From an uncultured virus (IMG/VR IMGVR_UViG_3300011334_000440) (Duplodnaviria > Heunggongvirae > Uroviricota > Caudoviricetes), in IMG/VR virus record IMGVR_UViG_3300011334_000440: a DNA stretch of 20,000 nt; one strand, 5' to 3'. The translations under genes were made by a program, and so were the position numbers. Of the stretch, positions 1 to 6,000 are shown piece by piece (within the stretch, counting starts at the first letter, position 1; each line of letters begins with the position of its first letter). The notes beneath the pieces were generated by a model. The model was not told where the DNA came from. It did no database searches and saw only the letters and a program-made list of their open reading frames with translations.

Positions 1-3000
1 CTCTCCCCACACTTGAGGCGATACCAACTTTACATACTGATACATATCAGAAATCTTTTTGTTTCGAATCATTCCGACCGGATAGAGGGGTAGGTCTTCA
101 ATTAACTTATTGAGCTTCTTGCGTTCTTCTTCTCTAAGCTCGGGTAACCCAAGTTGAGAATGCATCTGCGCAAACACTTCGCTATCTGTTAAAACCCCAA
201 GGTTAGTGGCCTCAATCAATCTATCTAGAGCTGAACGCATCTTGCGCGTCTTCTTTTCTTTTTTCGCCTCAAACCCTTTCTTAATTCTCTCGAGTTCCTT
301 CTTACGCTCGCTGGCAATAAGCTCAGTCAAACCTTCGCGCAAAAAGTCGGTTACTTCTTTCTTCTGTGCTTCGTTGAGTGTTGTGTTCTGAGTGAGCAAC
401 GCGCCCATTTTATTTTCAAAATCCATGATATCGCCCTTGCTCGAGCGTATGAGACCACGAACATTTGTTTGGGGTCCGCCAATTGATTCAAGGGATCGAA
501 CTGCCTGCTTTAGGCTTGATACTGTAAACGGACGGCCAAAGGCTTCGTCGATGAAGGGCTCGAGGCCAGAAAGTTCCTCTTCGCTATAAACTTCTTTTAA
601 GGAGTCGCGCACATTGTCGATGAACTCCATGACGTCGGGATACTTTTCAATCCTATCTCGAAGAACTTCAGCTTCAGTTGGCTTTGGCTCTGGTGTATAG
701 GTAGGTTGAAGCCCACCCTGTTCCTTTGTCCTCTGCGCGATCAGTCTGCGAATTCGGGCGGCAAACTCTTCGAGCTGATCTTTTTTCTTTGGCTCTTGTT
801 GGAGACGGGTTGCTTGCTTTTGCAAAGCTTCTGCTGATGCCTCCGCCAAAGCTTCGAGCCTTGAGCTAGCTTCGGTCGGGATTGCAACAGGAGCCTGATC
901 TTTGGCCTTTGCCTTGGCGTCGATAACACGACGGATCGCTTCTCCCCGGGTTGCGGGTGGCTGAATGCCTTCACGGGCGCGGGCTTCTCCGAGAGCCTGA
1001 GCCGAGAAAATTTCAAGAGCGTTAGTCAGGGCGGCGTCAAAATAAAGATCGAGTTTACGGCGAACGTTTTCTTGATTCTTGGCATCACGCAAAGCTGGTG
1101 TCAGCATAAGCAAACTTTTAATCTGATCTTCGGAAGCTGCCGTTACGCTAGGGTTCTCGGAGCGTTTAATGATCTCAAGTATCATTCGGCTCAGTGCGGT
1201 GGTTTGTTCCGGGTTAAGGCGAATGCCATCAGCATCACTTCCCTCAACTTCAGGTGCGGCGGCGAGATCCGCCCCAAGAAACTTGGATCCATCGGCTACT
1301 GCCTGCTCACTGCTAATATATTCTGCTACTGCCACCTCTAGTTCCGCAACAGTTGCTTCCTTTTTATTTAGTTCGACAATCTTCATAAGCTTTTCGATAG
1401 TCGACTTAGTCTTTTTACTCGTGATCAGTTTTTCTACGGCCCGACGACTTGAGTCAATAAGACCAGAAGAAATGTCGCTTTCTTCATTTGCAAATCCGGC
1501 TAATCTTCCCCGAATCGCAGAATCAATTTGTCTTCCAACGAACATCTTCATGGCTTCTGGATTGTTAGAGAGTTCGCCAAGCGCGTTCCATAGATCAATG
1601 GTGCGTCCGGGTTCGGTTCCATATTTCTTGCTTAATAAAAGCATTACCTCTGCCAACTGTTCCTTAGCGTATAAATCTGTCTTGGCTTTTTCTCCGAGGG
1701 CCTTGGCTAACTCAAATCCAATTGCGCCCTGCAACGGTAAAGAACTCTTGATGTTTCCACTCAAGAAAGCACTAAGAGAATTCTGTACACCGTTAGTTGC
1801 TATGTAAGATCTGGCATCAACAAATTGTTGATCGCGAGGTATTGATTGATAATACCAAGCATCCAATAATTTATCTTTCTTTTCCCCTTCGGGTAGCACG
1901 TCAACAAACTTGGTGATGATATTCTTTATAGCTCGGCTCTCGCGAATCTCGGGGGCTGGCGCCGGAGAAATAACTTTGGCAAACTTCCCATACCCAGCAT
2001 CACGAAGAGCTGCAATTAAAGGGCCTGGGCTAGTATAACGTTGGCCGTTATAGTTAACTACTTCCTGTCGTTCAAACAATCGGATAACGGCATTGGCTGT
2101 AGCCTTCGCTTCCGAAGAGGCTGTCGTTGGGACGGCTATGTTGCCGGGAATCTTAACACGATACTGTTGGTATGTTGGTTCAGTCTCAAAGCTTTGTTCG
2201 TTACTGGTGACTTCAGCGGGTGCGGAAGTTGCAACAAAAGCTGCGACAGGCAACGACCTTCCAGCTTCTTCCATATTCTCCGCCAACTCAAGGGCTTTAT
2301 TGGCAATGGCTGGAAGACTTGCCCGGCCTCCGTCCATGACGGCTTGAGTTGCAGATCGGAAAAGATCCCTCTCGTCAGCCGTAATAATCCCACGGCGTCG
2401 GCTAATATCGAGAGCATCTAGCCACTCCTCTACGCCAACGGTCTTGAATAAATCGTCAGCAACCGTTACTCCAAGTACGCCTTCAGTTCTTCCCTCAAGA
2501 TGATTCTCAATCATGCGGTAGATTCTTAGGTCATAAGAATCAAATACGGTTGATGGACGCGGAGCAGTTGGAGAAGTGCCGGGGGCTGGAGCTGGTATAG
2601 CTAGAGTCTCTCCGGCTTGAATAAATTCGCTTGATGTTTTGCGTAGGGAAGAGATTGCTTCCTCGATGCTTTGACGCATTACCAATCGATCCTTTGCGTT
2701 CGGGGCCAATCCTAATCCACGCTTGACCACTGTAGCCATGCTGTCAAACCACACGCCAAGTCTCGCAAGAACAGATTTATTCTCCGATTTTAAAATATCC
2801 TTGAGACGCTGAGTCGCCCGAGCAATGTCGTTTGCATTAATAGAGCTAACTTGCTCTGTGATACCACCTGTTAATTTCAACTGGGATAGCTGACGAATTC
2901 CCTCCATGGCTACAAGATAAGAGTTATTCGACAGAGCTTTGATTTGTGCTTGCACACTGGGGTTGGTAATGTCGGACCCTAAGGAAGAGTGGTAAAGTCT

Positions 3001-6000
3001 TCCAATCGCTAGTTTGGAGGCTTGTGACAGCGAGTCACCGATTGCGGTGAGTTCTTCTATAGGATCAAGACCAAGCTCGCGGTAATACCGGAGCGTCTCC
3101 ATGTGGATTGTTTCTTCGATCAATGCCTGAGTCAAATAAGATTTATAAGCTTCAGGAGAAAGTCTATTCTTTCCTTTCTCTAGAAGTGTTGGATTCATTA
3201 CAATAGTGTCAGAATCATTATCTGATCCAACAACAACAGCCATCGAGTGGGTGAAGTTAGGATCAATTCTTACGTTGTAGTTGTGAGCTTGGCCCTTGGC
3301 ATCGCGGAATGTAATTACATTGTTGTTGTAATCTTTTCCGAGAACTGACTTTAAAATGTCATCGGTAGTTGTGATTTGTTCAGGTGTTGCCTCGACTGTG
3401 GACTTTACTGGAGCTACAGTCTCGGTAGGCTTAATTTCTTCAGCCTTCAGACCTTCAAACCCAGCACCAGTGGTGGCATCCAATAAGCGAAGCTTGGCTC
3501 GCATCCTGTCAATGTTCTGCTGATCGACCTCGGCTTTTGATTCCAAGAAGATAAGATTGGGTCGGCTTGCGCTATCAGTACGCCATACCCGATAAACAAG
3601 CTGAACGGCCTGAATCGCGCTGACGGGTGGCGACATGATAATCATATCCCGAGGCTTGTCGCCGAACTTATCATCCAACTCAATTCCAGTCCCGCCCATC
3701 TCCTTGGTGGCGATCAGAACATCAGCTGCATTCTCATTGAAGGCGGCCAAGGCTTGTTCTTTTGTCTGGCCCGATCCTGTGTACATCTTTGCAATTCTTA
3801 GATCTGGAGCAAGACGAAGGATTGCCGCCTCTACCGCAGCTGAAGTAGGGTCAACCGTTTCTCCGCGGGCATTTGTCTCAGAAACAAATCCTACATAGAT
3901 AACTGGCTTTCGCCCTTGGCGAATAGATTTGATTGCCCGTTTCGCTGCGGAATCTACTTTATATTCTTCTAGTGCGCGTTTCTGGGCAGATACTAGCTTT
4001 CGCAATGAAGCAATGTCGGTATTCTGTGTACCGCCATACATGTTCTTAATATCTTCAAGTTGCTTGGTGATCGCGGAATCAAGTGGAACATCTTGGAACT
4101 CGACATTTACTCCGTCCAATTTGAGTGAGCGGGAACGCAGGATTCCATTCTTTACCAGTCCGTCAAGATAAACCTCGAGACGATCTTGCATCTCTGTTTC
4201 GGTAACTCCAGGCGATAGCGTCCAATAAGATTTCTTTCCGCCCCGAAGATATTGTTTTTCAAAACCAAGTCTCTTGATCAAGGCATCGGGGGATTCGGTA
4301 TCAAAAATACCAAGTCGGCCAAGCGAAAGAAGCTGATCGGGTGTTTCAAACGGAGTTCCAGAAGCCATCAATACCCTACCGGCTTTCTGTGAAATATCAT
4401 TCATCAAGATCGACCAGGCGCGGCTCTTGCCCTCTTGAATTGCTTTGTGCAGATTCCGTCCGGAATGTTGTTCGTCAAAAATAACAACCGTCTTTGCGTC
4501 TACTAACGGAAGAATATTTTCTAAATACTGTGAGGTGTAAGTTGAGACAACTACTTTTCCGGGCACATTCTCAATCGGAAGACCGCGACCACTCTCACCT
4601 TTACCTCCACGAGCGGCAATCGGAACGCCCATCAATCCCGCATCTTTCTCAATCGAACCGCCAATTGTGTTAAGATCCCAGTTCGGAGTTACCGCATCGG
4701 GGGCCGTCAAATAAAATACATTGAATCCTTTGTTGAGATAGTATTTAGCTGTTGCTAGTAATACTCGAGTCTTGCCAGTTCCGGGACCATTAGCCAAGTA
4801 AAAAGCTTTGTGCTTGGAGCTTTCCATCGTGGTGATGGATGCCGCCACATCTTGCTTCTGTTCGGGGGATAAAAGTCTGACTGTATCCGATCCAATCGGA
4901 TCTAGAACTTTCTCGCTGTAAGGTTTGCCTAACTGGTTGCGGGATTCGACGAAGGACTTTGGGATGGGGACGCCACGAGCGCGTTCAGCTCCAGGTCTCC
5001 CGACTCCGGTTGCCCCACCTGTAACAGCTGGTCCCACTTCTTTCCGCTCAGGGGGAACGGTTTCTTTAAGAACTCGCTTTGTGATGGCAGCACGTTCGGC
5101 TTGGATTTCAGCGAGTTTCTGGCGAGCTTCCTCACGTCGATCATCGGCTGTTTTGGCTTGGGGTTTTGGGGTTGGTTTAGTTGTTGGTTCTTCATATGTT
5201 CCCTCCTCGTTTATTTTAATTCCGCTATCGGCCAGAATCTGGTCGTTGACCTTTAGCAGATTTGATCGGAAGGTGGCGGCAATATTATTCTTTGCCTGAC
5301 CCTCTTCCATTGTTTGAGAAGCCAGATAAGGCTCCGCAAGTTTGTTTAATTTGTCGATATAGTCATCGGACTGGGCCTTGGAAATGTTTCCGTCATCGAG
5401 GGAGGTTTTTAAATTGCTATCGACAGCCTCGGATAATTCGGTGATGCTCTCGGGAGAAAGTTTAGAATCTACTGTAGATTCCAGAAATCCCTCGAAAGCT
5501 CGCAGCATATTAACGGAGCGGGAGGTTTGAGTTTGCTCAAGTAAAGCTTTGGCTGAAGCTAGTTCCACATCATCAAAGAAATCATCGGCCTGAAGTTTTC
5601 GGAACCGCTCGATTGCCGGCTGAATTTGTTTAGCCGTTAGATTTCCTTCGCGAACAATTCCTTCTGGTTCCACGACTTCTCGAACTGGAAGAGTTCCAGC
5701 TTGCTGATTCTTACGGAACTCGGCCTGTAATGCCGAAACAAACTTCTGCTGAACGGCCGGCTTTAGCGCATTGATGTTGTCAATGGTAGTCCCAATCTTA
5801 GCTGCATCCTGAGCGCTGGCTCCTTTACCGGAAGCAACGGAGTCAAATGCGAGTCTCTCCGCTTCCGTCCCTAGGGACTGCCTAAAGGGAGCTTGGAGAT
5901 TCTGGGCGAGAATGGATAGGGCTTCCTGCCTCTGAGCTGGCGAGGGAACGTCAGAGGGACTGGTAATTTGGTTATCTACTTCTGTGGCACCAATCTGATC

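Noticed and set aside
741..1016. Alternative-frame 91-aa minus-strand ORF in the giant gene
   Set aside because: It has a non-ATG start, no RBS and off-frame composition.
2136..2417. Alternative-frame 93-aa ORF with GAGGAG 7 nt upstream of an ATG inside the giant gene
   Set aside because: The SD-like string is explained by Glu-Glu codons in an ordinary-looking helical region, and the product has typical off-frame L/R/W/P composition. It is weaker than the 4929..5195 candidate, though not formally excluded.
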